Part shown: positions 8,998 to 16,647 of the stretch, one piece after another | Numbering within the stretch: the first letter of the stretch is position 1 | Layout: each line of letters begins with the position of its first letter | NCBI GenBank assembly: GCA_027483385.1 | Contig: JAIXUT010000195.1 | Coordinates: 1 to 62,679 of the forward strand | From: Alphaproteobacteria bacterium | GTDB taxonomy: Bacteria; Pseudomonadota; Alphaproteobacteria; UBA2136; UBA6156 | Direction of reading: 5' to 3' | Length of the DNA stretch: 62,679 nucleotides | Program-made: the position numbers and the translations under genes | The notes under the pieces: generated by a model | Databases searched by the model: none | Told to the model about the DNA's origin: nothing | Seen by the model: the letters and a program-made list of their open reading frames with translations, nothing else

Positions 8998-9240
8998 ATG
9001 ATAACTAAATACAACGGCAGCCTAAAGTACTTTACTCGACAAGTTATAATACTCTATTGCAATGCATGCGAAGATGGGTTTAGTTTGTCATATAAAGATG
9101 TTGGTAACAGAAATTTTGCTACTGTTACTAATGTGGCAACCGAAGCAAGAAAGGCAGGCTGGAAAGTAAAAACAGGCAAAGGAAGTTACGCCTACTGCCC
9201 TATTTGTAAATTAAACCATAAAAAAGCAGCTTATGAATAA
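8998..9240 (+). CDS. Small Zn-ribbon protein
   Basis: 80 aa from ATG 8998 with CNAC...CPIC cysteine pairs. Confidence 0.5.
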   Translation: MITKYNGSLKYFTRQVIILYCNACEDGFSLSYKDVGNRNFATVTNVATEARKAGWKVKTGKGSYAYCPICKLNHKKAAYE

Positions 9241-9433
9241 GGAAACACAAGCACGAAAAAAGTGCTACAACTGCCAATATGCAGGACAGTCATTTTTATT
9301 GGGAACGGTAAAGCATCATCATTGCCAACGCGAACGAATTATTGAGCACAAGGAAGAAGTTTCTCCCTGGGACACTTTGCAACGCGTGTTTGATACATGC
9401 AACCATCATCAATTTAAAATAACGAACCCATGA
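9233..9433 (+). CDS. Small Cys/His-rich protein
   Basis: 66 aa with CYNC...HHHC...CNHH. It overlaps the upstream gene by 8 nt. Confidence 0.5.
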   Translation: MNKETQARKKCYNCQYAGQSFLLGTVKHHHCQRERIIEHKEEVSPWDTLQRVFDTCNHHQFKITNP

Positions 9434-9483
9434 GCATAGATTTGTTTGAACTTACATAAAAACAAAAAGCCGCGTTCGAAGCC

Positions 9484-9693
9484 TTGCGCAAGGCATTAAA
9501 AGACTGCGAAAAATCCGGCTTAATGATGTATAACAACTACGGTACGATCGGTGTATGTGACAAAAAAAGAGTTGCCAGATATGACGATCAACCGAGTGAA
9601 TACAAACATGGATTTAATGCTTATAATCCGAATGAAGTAAAATTACCCTGTAATGAATGGGCCGACGATCAACACTACTTTCATCCAGCATGA
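9484..9693 (+). CDS. Small hypothetical protein
   Basis: 69 aa if the TTG at 9484 is used. An alternative ATG lies at 9523. The ORF ends in an ATGA overlap with the next gene. Confidence 0.35.
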   Translation: MRKALKDCEKSGLMMYNNYGTIGVCDKKRVARYDDQPSEYKHGFNAYNPNEVKLPCNEWADDQHYFHPA

Positions 9694-9902
9694 GCAAAAT
9701 AATACACGTTCCCGGAGGAACCATAACGATGGCAGAATCCCAAGCAATATGCCCGTATTGCGAACATAAATTTCCGTTTGACTTCATTGAAAAAAAATGG
9801 ACTAGACAGGAAAAGCAATTTATTAAAATAAAGTGCTCATGCGGTAAAAAAGTGGGCATAACATTGGATTATCGGGGTGACTTTGTTGCCTATGACCTTT
9901 AA
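9690..9902 (+). CDS. Small Zn-ribbon protein
   Basis: 70 aa from ATG 9690 (ATGA overlap) with CPYC...CSCG. Confidence 0.5.
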   Translation: MSKIIHVPGGTITMAESQAICPYCEHKFPFDFIEKKWTRQEKQFIKIKCSCGKKVGITLDYRGDFVAYDL

Positions 9903-9919
9903 ACCTAAAATCTTTAAAA

Positions 9920-10372
9920 ATGAATAACTCAACTATATTTGAAAAATATTGCCAAGACTTTATTTTAAAGTCTGATTTGATTGCTCGTTTAGACTGGTTT
10001 ATTGAACAAGCAAAAGAAGCACAAGAGAGTTTTAAACTACATGGTATGCCAAATTCTGAATTATCTTCTTCGGCAATGGCTATGGCTTATGAACAGGTAA
10101 AAAGGTGGTCAACAGAAGAAATTATGACCCGCTTATGGATAAGTTTTTCGGATGAATTACCCGATGAAAATGAAACCGTTTGGCTTTACAATGAAGGAAA
10201 TAAATTTGTCGCTTTAGGTTGCCGCGTATGGACCGGAGAAGATGGTGGATGGCTTTACGCTTTATCAAACGGAAATATTTACAATGAATCCGGCAAAATA
10301 GTATCCGAATGTGAAGTGGATGATGATTACGAGTTTACCCATTGGAGTAGATTGCCCGCTTTACCTTGTTAA
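9920..10372 (+). CDS. DUF551-like phage protein
   Basis: 150 aa. The C-terminal WISFSDELPDENETVWLY...FTHWSRLPALP resembles the DUF551 pattern, recalled from memory. Confidence 0.5.
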   Translation: MNNSTIFEKYCQDFILKSDLIARLDWFIEQAKEAQESFKLHGMPNSELSSSAMAMAYEQVKRWSTEEIMTRLWISFSDELPDENETVWLYNEGNKFVALGCRVWTGEDGGWLYALSNGNIYNESGKIVSECEVDDDYEFTHWSRLPALPC

Positions 10373-10393
10373 CTAATCACAAAATTCAACAAA

Positions 10394-10825
10394 ATGAAAA
10401 TTTGGGGTATTCACAAAAAATATCATGGTCTTTCCTGGTTTGAGAACTTCATAGGCGGGCATGTTTCGATTGGACCAATTACCATTTTTGGGGCAAACGC
10501 GATGTGTTGGACTGTCAATATTAGTACCAAGTGGGGTTATTTGTGTTTTACACTTCCGGTAATGGCTCGATGGCGCATTAATTCACGTGGGCAAAAGTGG
10601 TGGCAGTGGTATATCTACTTATCGCCCAATGGTACACCGTGGGCCTCAACCTTTTACCGAGGTTCTGATAAAAATGAAGTTATTAGGGCAAAGATCAGGA
10701 AAAGAAATTTTGGGCATGGATTTGATACAAACAAATTCAACAATGAATTATACACCTTAAACCAAAAATTTGATGGGTTTATAATTAGCGAATATGATGT
10801 TGAATGCTTTGGTCACAAAGAATAA
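10394..10825 (+). CDS. Hypothetical protein
   Basis: 143 aa, Trp-rich. It is the last gene of the rightward early operon. Confidence 0.55.
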   Translation: MKIWGIHKKYHGLSWFENFIGGHVSIGPITIFGANAMCWTVNISTKWGYLCFTLPVMARWRINSRGQKWWQWYIYLSPNGTPWASTFYRGSDKNEVIRAKIRKRNFGHGFDTNKFNNELYTLNQKFDGFIISEYDVECFGHKE

Positions 10826-10826
10826 T

Positions 10827-11003
10827 TCATTGCTTTACTTCATTTTCCTTGCCTTTGTGATCCAATGCCTTCTCCATCGCCATACCCACCCTACCCCATG
10901 CACTTTGCAGCATTGCTTTAGGCGCTGCTTGCTTCAAAATATCATCGTAGTTGGATGTAGTCCCAGTGATGAAGCCTGGTAACTTAAAAGTGAATTTGAC
11001 CAT
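10827..11003 (-). CDS. Small hypothetical protein (doubtful)
   Basis: 58 aa from ATG 11003 with balanced composition. It lies downstream of a bidirectional terminator and has no promoter of its own. Confidence 0.3.
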   Translation of the reverse strand: MVKFTFKLPGFITGTTSNYDDILKQAAPKAMLQSAWGRVGMAMEKALDHKGKENEVKQ

Positions 11004-11022
11004 GGTGTAGTAAGTATGATTT

Positions 11023-11056
11023 AAAAAAAGCCCCGTGGTGATCACGAGGCTTTTTT
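11023..11056. terminator. Bidirectional intrinsic terminator
   Basis: An A7 run, the stem gccccgtg/cacgaggc (7 of 8 bp) and a T6 run. It lies between the convergent + early operon and the minus cassette. Confidence 0.6.
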
Positions 11057-11068
11057 GTTTATTGAGGG

Positions 11069-11491
11069 TTAATTTTTAACGTATCCATTTGTCAAAAGCC
11101 AAACCTCAATAGATGGAAAGGTCCGTCGAATTACATCGTAAGTTAAAGAGCCTAAACCCTTCCCATATATTTTAGCATTTGAAGCATAAGCAAAGATGAT
11201 AATTATAGCCAAAGATCCCCAAATATAGGATTGTTGGTTTTGGCCTTTTTGTAATTTAACGTAGGAAAAGTATAGTGAAATAAATAATAAAACAGGAATT
11301 AACAAAATAACTGAATAAAATACAATTTTTTTATTTTGAACGCCTTTTTGATGTTCTAACATACGTTGCTTTTCGGCTTCAATTTTTTCTTTTTCATCTT
11401 TTAGTTCTGCTTCTGTTTTAACTTTTGCAGAATCATATTTTACAATAATTGGGGACTTCCCACTCGTGAAAATTGGGGACGTTTCTGTCAT
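11069..11491 (-). CDS. Two-TM membrane protein with N-terminal coiled coil (moron; superinfection-exclusion-type candidate)
   Basis: 140 aa. KTEAELKDEKEKIEAEKQRMLEHQ is followed by two hydrophobic segments. The gene has its own promoter box and terminator. Confidence 0.55.
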   Translation of the reverse strand: MTETSPIFTSGKSPIIVKYDSAKVKTEAELKDEKEKIEAEKQRMLEHQKGVQNKKIVFYSVILLIPVLLFISLYFSYVKLQKGQNQQSYIWGSLAIIIIFAYASNAKIYGKGLGSLTYDVIRRTFPSIEVWLLTNGYVKN

Positions 11492-11565
11492 GATTTTTGA
11501 GGTTTTGTTTTGAGGAGTTTACACCGTAAAAAAATTACGGATGGTTTTGAGTTCATTTATTGTTG

Positions 11566-11573
11566 CAAATATA
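11566..11573 (-). promoter_or_regulatory. -7 box TATATTTG(CAAC), minus strand
   Basis: caaatata on the + strand, embedded in ttgttgcaaatata. It lies upstream of ATG 11491. Confidence 0.45.
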
Positions 11574-11589
11574 CTTGGTTTTGTTTGTT

Positions 11590-11628
11590 TTACAAAACAG
11601 GGAGCCTTCAGCATGGCTAAAGACTCCC
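11590..11628 (-). terminator. Intrinsic terminator of the 12343-11641 cassette
   Basis: On the minus strand, a gggagtctt/aaggctccc stem (8 of 9 bp) is followed by a tgttttg T-rich tail. Confidence 0.45.
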
Positions 11629-11640
11629 CTATTCGTATCA

Positions 11641-11985
11641 TTAATCGTTGTGCTTTATGGCTTTTTGCCCTGCGGCGATCAAGAGCGCATTAAGTCCCAA
11701 GCGTTCTCGAGCACTTAATTTGAACGCTTTCCCTGGTGCTGGCCAGTTGCTTGTATTGCGGTATAACCATATCAGGTAGTGCATGCCCGCCATAAATTCG
11801 CCTACATTCACCGGGTTTTTAGCCGCAATTGTGGCGCCGATCACTTTCAGTTTTTCGCGCAACTTGTTTTGCGCTTCCAGTACCGTAATTTTCTCAAATT
11901 GTACGCCGTGTTCTTTCAGTGCCGGACGGTCGTAGTCTACATCAAGCGGTTGCCGTCCTTTTTTCGATTTAGGATTGAGCGTCAT
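11641..11985 (-). CDS. Hypothetical protein
   Basis: 114 aa from ATG 11985. The track start at 12012 is a TTG. It overlaps the upstream gene by 17 nt. Confidence 0.5.
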   Translation of the reverse strand: MTLNPKSKKGRQPLDVDYDRPALKEHGVQFEKITVLEAQNKLREKLKVIGATIAAKNPVNVGEFMAGMHYLIWLYRNTSNWPAPGKAFKLSARERLGLNALLIAAGQKAIKHND

Positions 11986-12343
11986 GGCTTCCCGATTGAG
12001 CAGGCTGCGCAAGTGGTTGGTGTATGCTCATGTGTCCCTGATTGTAATGCTGCACATACTTGAGGTACTGTGCATGCAATTCAATCACAAACTGCACCAT
12101 GATTTGATTGGCATACACCCGGTCAAATACTTCGGGTTCGTTCATTGCACAACGATCACCCATCCATTCAGACGGATCCAGTTGTTGATTCAGGCTTTCA
12201 TGCAGGTACCTTACCCACTCCTGCGGGGTATTGTACTCATAAAAATCCTCAATACATTGAAAAAATGATAGCCGGTTGCTATCCAGGTGTGCCAGTGACG
12301 GCGGGATGGTGGCAAGTAGATTGCCGGGTTTGAACATTTCCAT
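11969..12343 (-). CDS. Hypothetical protein
   Basis: 124 aa with ATG at 12343. A hairpin lies immediately upstream. Confidence 0.55.
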   Translation of the reverse strand: MEMFKPGNLLATIPPSLAHLDSNRLSFFQCIEDFYEYNTPQEWVRYLHESLNQQLDPSEWMGDRCAMNEPEVFDRVYANQIMVQFVIELHAQYLKYVQHYNQGHMSIHQPLAQPAQSGSHDAQS

Positions 12344-12344
12344 T

Positions 12345-12397
12345 GTGAGTTAGCAATAAATGGAGGTGAAAAAAAGGTACGGTCACTGCTAACTCAC
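12345..12397 (-). promoter_or_regulatory. Hairpin/operator abutting the start codon
   Basis: An 11-bp perfect inverted repeat gtgagttagca/tgctaactcac with a 31-nt spacer ends 1 nt before ATG 12343. A third copy of the arm lies at 12498-12508, next to the -7 box. Confidence 0.5.
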
Positions 12398-12511
12398 TCG
12401 ATGTACAAGACAAGGAAAGGAATAGGGACTTACACCCATGTGCCGTACCAGGCTCTTTAATCCAGTCTGTGATTGTGGTATTTATGTACATTTAATCGTA
12501 AGTTAGCACCA

Positions 12512-12519
12512 CAAACATA
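12512..12519 (-). promoter_or_regulatory. -7 box TATGTTTG, minus strand
   Basis: caaacata on the + strand is a perfect TAnnTTTG match in the 335-bp intergenic gap. Confidence 0.4.
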
Positions 12520-12559
12520 CGGGACTATTGTAAAGATACAAAAAAATAAATTATATAAG

Positions 12560-12578
12560 AACCTTATTTGCAACGATT
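12560..12578 (-). repeat. 19-bp operator-like element (copy 2, inverted)
   Basis: aaccttatttgcaacgatt is the exact reverse complement of 1640-1658. Confidence 0.5.
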
Positions 12579-12623
12579 AGAAACATATTTTTATGTAATA
12601 TTTATTTTGTGCTGAATAGTAAT

Positions 12624-12657
12624 AAAAAAGCCCCGATACTTTTACGAGTATCGAGGC
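12624..12657 (-). terminator. Intrinsic terminator of the lipase cassette
   Basis: On the minus strand, the stem gcctcgatact/agtatcggggc (10 of 11 bp) is followed by TTTTTT. It lies 22 nt after the stop codon. Confidence 0.65.
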
Positions 12658-12678
12658 CTGTAAAAATGCAAGGATGCT

Positions 12679-14376
12679 TTATTCTTTGACCAATTTAAAG
12701 GTTTTTGTTCCTGCGGCACATTCTAAAAATACAATATAAGTTCCAGTTGGAAGATTGGAAACGTCCATATATTTTGTAAACCCGTTTGTATTTTCAAACG
12801 TAAATGTTTCGATCAATTTACCCGTTAAATCGGTCAAGTTTACATTTCCTGTTTCTGGATTTTGAAAAATTGCATTGACGCAAAACTTATCAATTGCCGG
12901 ATTTGGGCCTATTGTTGCTTCAAATACAGGCTCGATTGGTTCATTTGCATCGGTTGTGGTGGTCACTGAAAACCGGTGCGGTGATAAATAATCTTCATCA
13001 TCCGGCACAGCGGCAAATTCTAAATAGTAAGTCCCAGGTGTGAGGTATATGCCTTTTTGTACGGTGCTGGCTCCATTGCTTTCCACCTCAAATAAGTTTT
13101 GAAAGGAACTATTTAAGACTTTCATATTGATGCTTTTATTGGTGGGCAACATTAAACCTTTTGCTGTATAATACCCACCCGTAGTCACTTTAAACACATA
13201 ATCGTCATAGTCAATGCTTGGATAAGGCGCTCCCTCCCCTTGTGCCGTAAACGTACCGTAGTAAGTTTTGTTAAAATCTATTTTGTAGGCTCCTGTAAAA
13301 TCGTCTGGATCATCCAATAAAAGACTGATTTCAGCAGTGTTTTTTGGCATTTGTATATGAGCTAATAATGAATATGCTGTATTACTAAACCCTTCCATAG
13401 GAAGATTAACATAATTTGATAATTTTTCTTTTTCATCAGCAACTACCCAGTCTAAAACACCTGAGGAAATGGAATACGCTAATTCAATATTATCAGGAAA
13501 TGGATAATTGTTTAATCCATATTCTATAAAGGTATTAAATCCATCACAATCGACATCAGAATTTACAAAATATCCTAATACGCTATCATGCATATAATCT
13601 AAATCTTCTTCTCCTCCATTTAAAAAAACACCTTTTTCAAAAGAATAAGTATATGATGTTCGTAAGTCTCGAACGGCTTCACTAAATTCATTATAATTGC
13701 TAAAAACAGAAGCAGAAGTAAATGAAAAATTAGAGCCTCCATTTGGCGTACCCATGGTAATCAATTTAGCAACATGATGTTGACCATCGGCTTGCCAAAA
13801 TGTTTGATCTTGCACATATTTACGAATAGCAAGTCCCCCCATCGAATGTCCAAACAAAATAACTTTATCTTTGCCGGTAATGGCCATTATATCGGCAATT
13901 GAATTTCTTACCGCTAAAGCTTGTTTTACAGCAGCACTTTGACTGCTTATATCTCCAGGTGAATCTTGGTTGACATTATTTACTTCAAAATTTATTATGT
14001 AAAAGTCTCCTGGATTAAATGTATAGATTCCACTTCCAACAAACGAAGCAACATCTTCTTTGCCTTCATCATAAATATTGCACGTACTGTTATTGCCATC
14101 AAGGTTCAAATTGTATCGCATATACCCACCAAATGAAACGCCTTGTTGTGTGAAAAAGTCTCGGGCCGCTTGCCAGGTATCGCCGTTTCCTGTAAATCCA
14201 TGTACAAAAAGTACTGGATAGGGCCATTTGGTAGGTACTACTTCCCTATCCAAATTTAATTGCCCGTTTTTTTCAAATTGGGAATGTACTAAAATTGGCT
14301 TTTGGGCCAATATCGTAGTTTGTGAAAAGAATACCGCGATAAGTACGGCGAAAGCAATGGTTTTTTTACTGTTCAT
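12679..14376 (-). CDS. Secreted alpha/beta-hydrolase (lipase/esterase) with T9SS C-terminal sorting domain
   Basis: 565 aa from ATG 14376. Signal peptide MNSKKTIAFAVLIAVFFSQTTILAQ, nucleophile elbow GHSMGG, and a C-terminal ~80 aa of Por/T9SS CTD type (GPNPAIDKF...NLPTGTYIVFLE...KLVKE). Confidence 0.8.
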   Translation of the reverse strand: MNSKKTIAFAVLIAVFFSQTTILAQKPILVHSQFEKNGQLNLDREVVPTKWPYPVLFVHGFTGNGDTWQAARDFFTQQGVSFGGYMRYNLNLDGNNSTCNIYDEGKEDVASFVGSGIYTFNPGDFYIINFEVNNVNQDSPGDISSQSAAVKQALAVRNSIADIMAITGKDKVILFGHSMGGLAIRKYVQDQTFWQADGQHHVAKLITMGTPNGGSNFSFTSASVFSNYNEFSEAVRDLRTSYTYSFEKGVFLNGGEEDLDYMHDSVLGYFVNSDVDCDGFNTFIEYGLNNYPFPDNIELAYSISSGVLDWVVADEKEKLSNYVNLPMEGFSNTAYSLLAHIQMPKNTAEISLLLDDPDDFTGAYKIDFNKTYYGTFTAQGEGAPYPSIDYDDYVFKVTTGGYYTAKGLMLPTNKSINMKVLNSSFQNLFEVESNGASTVQKGIYLTPGTYYLEFAAVPDDEDYLSPHRFSVTTTTDANEPIEPVFEATIGPNPAIDKFCVNAIFQNPETGNVNLTDLTGKLIETFTFENTNGFTKYMDVSNLPTGTYIVFLECAAGTKTFKLVKE

Positions 14377-14452
14377 TTTTGCCAGTTTTTTGAATGTGTG
14401 AATAATGCAACAAAGATTAAAAAACACGGTCCAAAAAACAAAAGGTACGGGC

Positions 14453-14488
14453 AAAAAAAAGTCCCGATTGTTTACAGACAACCGGGAC
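14453..14488 (-). terminator. Intrinsic terminator of the 17220-14535 operon
   Basis: On the minus strand, the stem gtcccggttg/caatcgggac (9 of 10 bp) is followed by T8. A second hairpin cactggtg/caccagtg lies at 14509-14526. Confidence 0.65.
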
Positions 14489-14534
14489 GCGACCTTTAGT
14501 ACACTTGCACTGGTGAGCACCAGTGGTAAAACGG

Positions 14535-14861
14535 CTACTCGTTTGCAACCGCTTTAATTTTCTTGAAAATATCAATGGATACTTTGTTTTTTAACTTCAA
14601 ATCGGGCAATTTTAGTTCCTTGCCGGTATTTTTTACGATTCCTTGATAATAAGCGCATGCCCTATGGAAGCACTTGCTTTGTTCGAGGTCTTTCTGCATG
14701 ATGCGGCAGTCTGCAATTCTTGCCTTTAGTCGGGAAAGCGCCACTTTGGCGCTGATTACTTCCCTCTTATCACTCCCCCACTCAAAAACGATTAGTCCAT
14801 TTTTGATTTTGGCTAAGTCCGTTTGAATAACGACGGCACCGCCGCTTTCAAACGGAGCCAT
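14535..14861 (-). CDS. Hypothetical protein (or C-terminal part of a -1 frameshift fusion)
   Basis: 108 aa. It overlaps the upstream ORF by 49 nt, and its reading frame stays open upstream through the A10 tract to a TGA at 14937-14939. Confidence 0.5.
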   Translation of the reverse strand: MAPFESGGAVVIQTDLAKIKNGLIVFEWGSDKREVISAKVALSRLKARIADCRIMQKDLEQSKCFHRACAYYQGIVKNTGKELKLPDLKLKNKVSIDIFKKIKAVANE

Positions 14862-15142
14862 ATCATACGAAGGAATCCTGGTCTGCGGTTGCCCAATAAT
14901 GCTGGCACGTCCACTGGAATTGGATTTTTTTTTTGCTCAAATTCAGTGGCAGGTTGATCGTTCACCGCAACTTTAAACGTATGCGAAGGATTGCTTTCCT
15001 GCTCAATTAAGGCATTGAGTTTATTTTGAGCATTGGCAATGCCTTGTTTGATAACGATTTTAATTTGATCGGTGGCATATTCATTAGTAAGGCCTTCTTT
15101 CGCCTCTTTAATGTATTGGATGAGTTCTTCTTTAGTATGCAT
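14813..15142 (-). CDS. Hypothetical helical protein containing an A10 slippery tract
   Basis: 109 aa from ATG 15142. The track start at 15148 is a TTG. The A10 run lies at 14925-14934. Confidence 0.5.
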   Translation of the reverse strand: MHTKEELIQYIKEAKEGLTNEYATDQIKIVIKQGIANAQNKLNALIEQESNPSHTFKVAVNDQPATEFEQKKNPIPVDVPALLGNRRPGFLRMIWLRLKAAVPSLFKRT

Positions 15143-16613
15143 GGCCAACTGTTTTTTGCAAAATGTTTATTAATTGATCAATTTCAACTTTATTATCCAC
15201 GAGTGATCGTGTCAATAAAAGCACGTCAATTAGTTTTAAAATCATTGCTTCTACCCCACTTCCGGTAGTAAAATTACGCGTTTCATGCGTAAATGCGGCG
15301 CTTTCTGGTGTATTTTTTTGAGTTACGTTTGGGTCAAAAAAAAAGCGCTCATGGTTCTTGTCGGCTTGCCATAACCCTGAATTTTCGAATGCTAGTTTGG
15401 CGGTTTTTAGCACTTTCAGGCAATGGCGTACATCTTCCAATCTTTGTGCGTTGAAGCCATAATAAATTGCCATTTCGTTACATCCCTGATTATCAAGGAT
15501 AAAACGATACACATCGCGGCAAAGGCCGGTTTTTGCCTGTTCTAATGCTTTTAAACTGGTCAGCCCACGGACCTCCTCCTCCGGCATCCAGTCATAGATG
15601 CGGGCTTTGGCTTTCCAAAGCATGTTCGACATACCATTTCCTAGGGTTTGTGCAATGGCCAGCACCGGGTTCCCGCCTTCCGGGTGTACTTCGTCATACA
15701 CCAAGGCGCGAAACGCTTTGAATCCATGGCACAAATGCCATAGAAGCATTGCTGCCAAGTAAATAAAGAATAGTCCCCCTTTGTGTTGCTCTATTTTGGT
15801 TTCGTATTTATGCTGATTTTCCGTATTGATGGTATCTGCAACTGCCGTTTTTACCGCAACGGCGCTGCTTTGTGATGCGAGCACTTCTGCCAGTGCGGCT
15901 TGTTTTTTTGCCACGTCTGATTTCTTAGCAACGAATTGTGCTTTTCTCAATTTTCGCGCATCCTCCAGACCTGCAAGTTTTTTACCAATCAACTTCACCT
16001 CATTGATAGCCCATTTTTGCCCACTGATTTGCGTTTTGCGGGCCTCAAGTGTGCGCCGCTGCTTTGATATGTCGGCATCCACACTTCGATCCCAAGCAGT
16101 CTTTTCAGCCGCCTCAGCCGCCTTTTCGGCCTCTACGGCTTGGTTGGCGGTTTTGATAATGAAGTCATGCGGCGTTTTGTCCACTTTGACCACTTCTTCC
16201 TTTTTTGTGGCTTTTTCGGCCAGGAACTCATTACCACGGGTATTCGCCACAAAGTCCACGTACATGATCGTCGCGGTTATACCCAGGCACACCACCCCCA
16301 AAAAGTAATCAGGGTTGGATACCTTTTGATGCTGGTTTGTTGCAATGGTTTGCCGTCCCGCAAATATGGCAGCGATCATTCGGGTAGAAAAATGTACCGA
16401 AACACTGTTCAGCCCTTGCACCAATAGCGCAATAGCCGCGCCTATAATGTAGGAAAGTTCCGGGTATTGGGGTTCCAGCATTTTCTGGATGCCATATACG
16501 CTTCCTAACCAAACGATTAGAAAGCACATATAACTAATAGCGGGGTTGAGGATTAGCCGGAAGCGGCTGTTGAAGGAAGCCCACCCTAGAGCGTCTTTTG
16601 TTGGAATTGCCAT
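15132..16613 (-). CDS. Polytopic membrane protein with central coiled coil
   Basis: 493 aa with ~4 N-terminal TM segments, an Ala/Lys-rich coiled coil (AEKAAEAAEKTAW...), another TM segment and a soluble C-terminal domain. Confidence 0.65.
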   Translation of the reverse strand: MAIPTKDALGWASFNSRFRLILNPAISYMCFLIVWLGSVYGIQKMLEPQYPELSYIIGAAIALLVQGLNSVSVHFSTRMIAAIFAGRQTIATNQHQKVSNPDYFLGVVCLGITATIMYVDFVANTRGNEFLAEKATKKEEVVKVDKTPHDFIIKTANQAVEAEKAAEAAEKTAWDRSVDADISKQRRTLEARKTQISGQKWAINEVKLIGKKLAGLEDARKLRKAQFVAKKSDVAKKQAALAEVLASQSSAVAVKTAVADTINTENQHKYETKIEQHKGGLFFIYLAAMLLWHLCHGFKAFRALVYDEVHPEGGNPVLAIAQTLGNGMSNMLWKAKARIYDWMPEEEVRGLTSLKALEQAKTGLCRDVYRFILDNQGCNEMAIYYGFNAQRLEDVRHCLKVLKTAKLAFENSGLWQADKNHERFFFDPNVTQKNTPESAAFTHETRNFTTGSGVEAMILKLIDVLLLTRSLVDNKVEIDQLINILQKTVGHAY

Positions 16614-16647
16614 TTTTGCCGTATTGATTTTTGAAAATATATTTTAT

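Noticed and set aside
10794-10982. 62-aa plus-strand ORF after the last early gene.
   Set aside because: It has Cys/His/Leu-rich atypical composition and overlaps the end of 10394-10825. The opposite-strand 58-aa ORF looks more protein-like, though it too is only low confidence.
15826-16308. 160-aa plus-strand ORF, low complexity and Ala/Ser/Phe-rich.
   Set aside because: It is antisense to the coiled-coil region of the 493-aa membrane-protein gene and has no start context.
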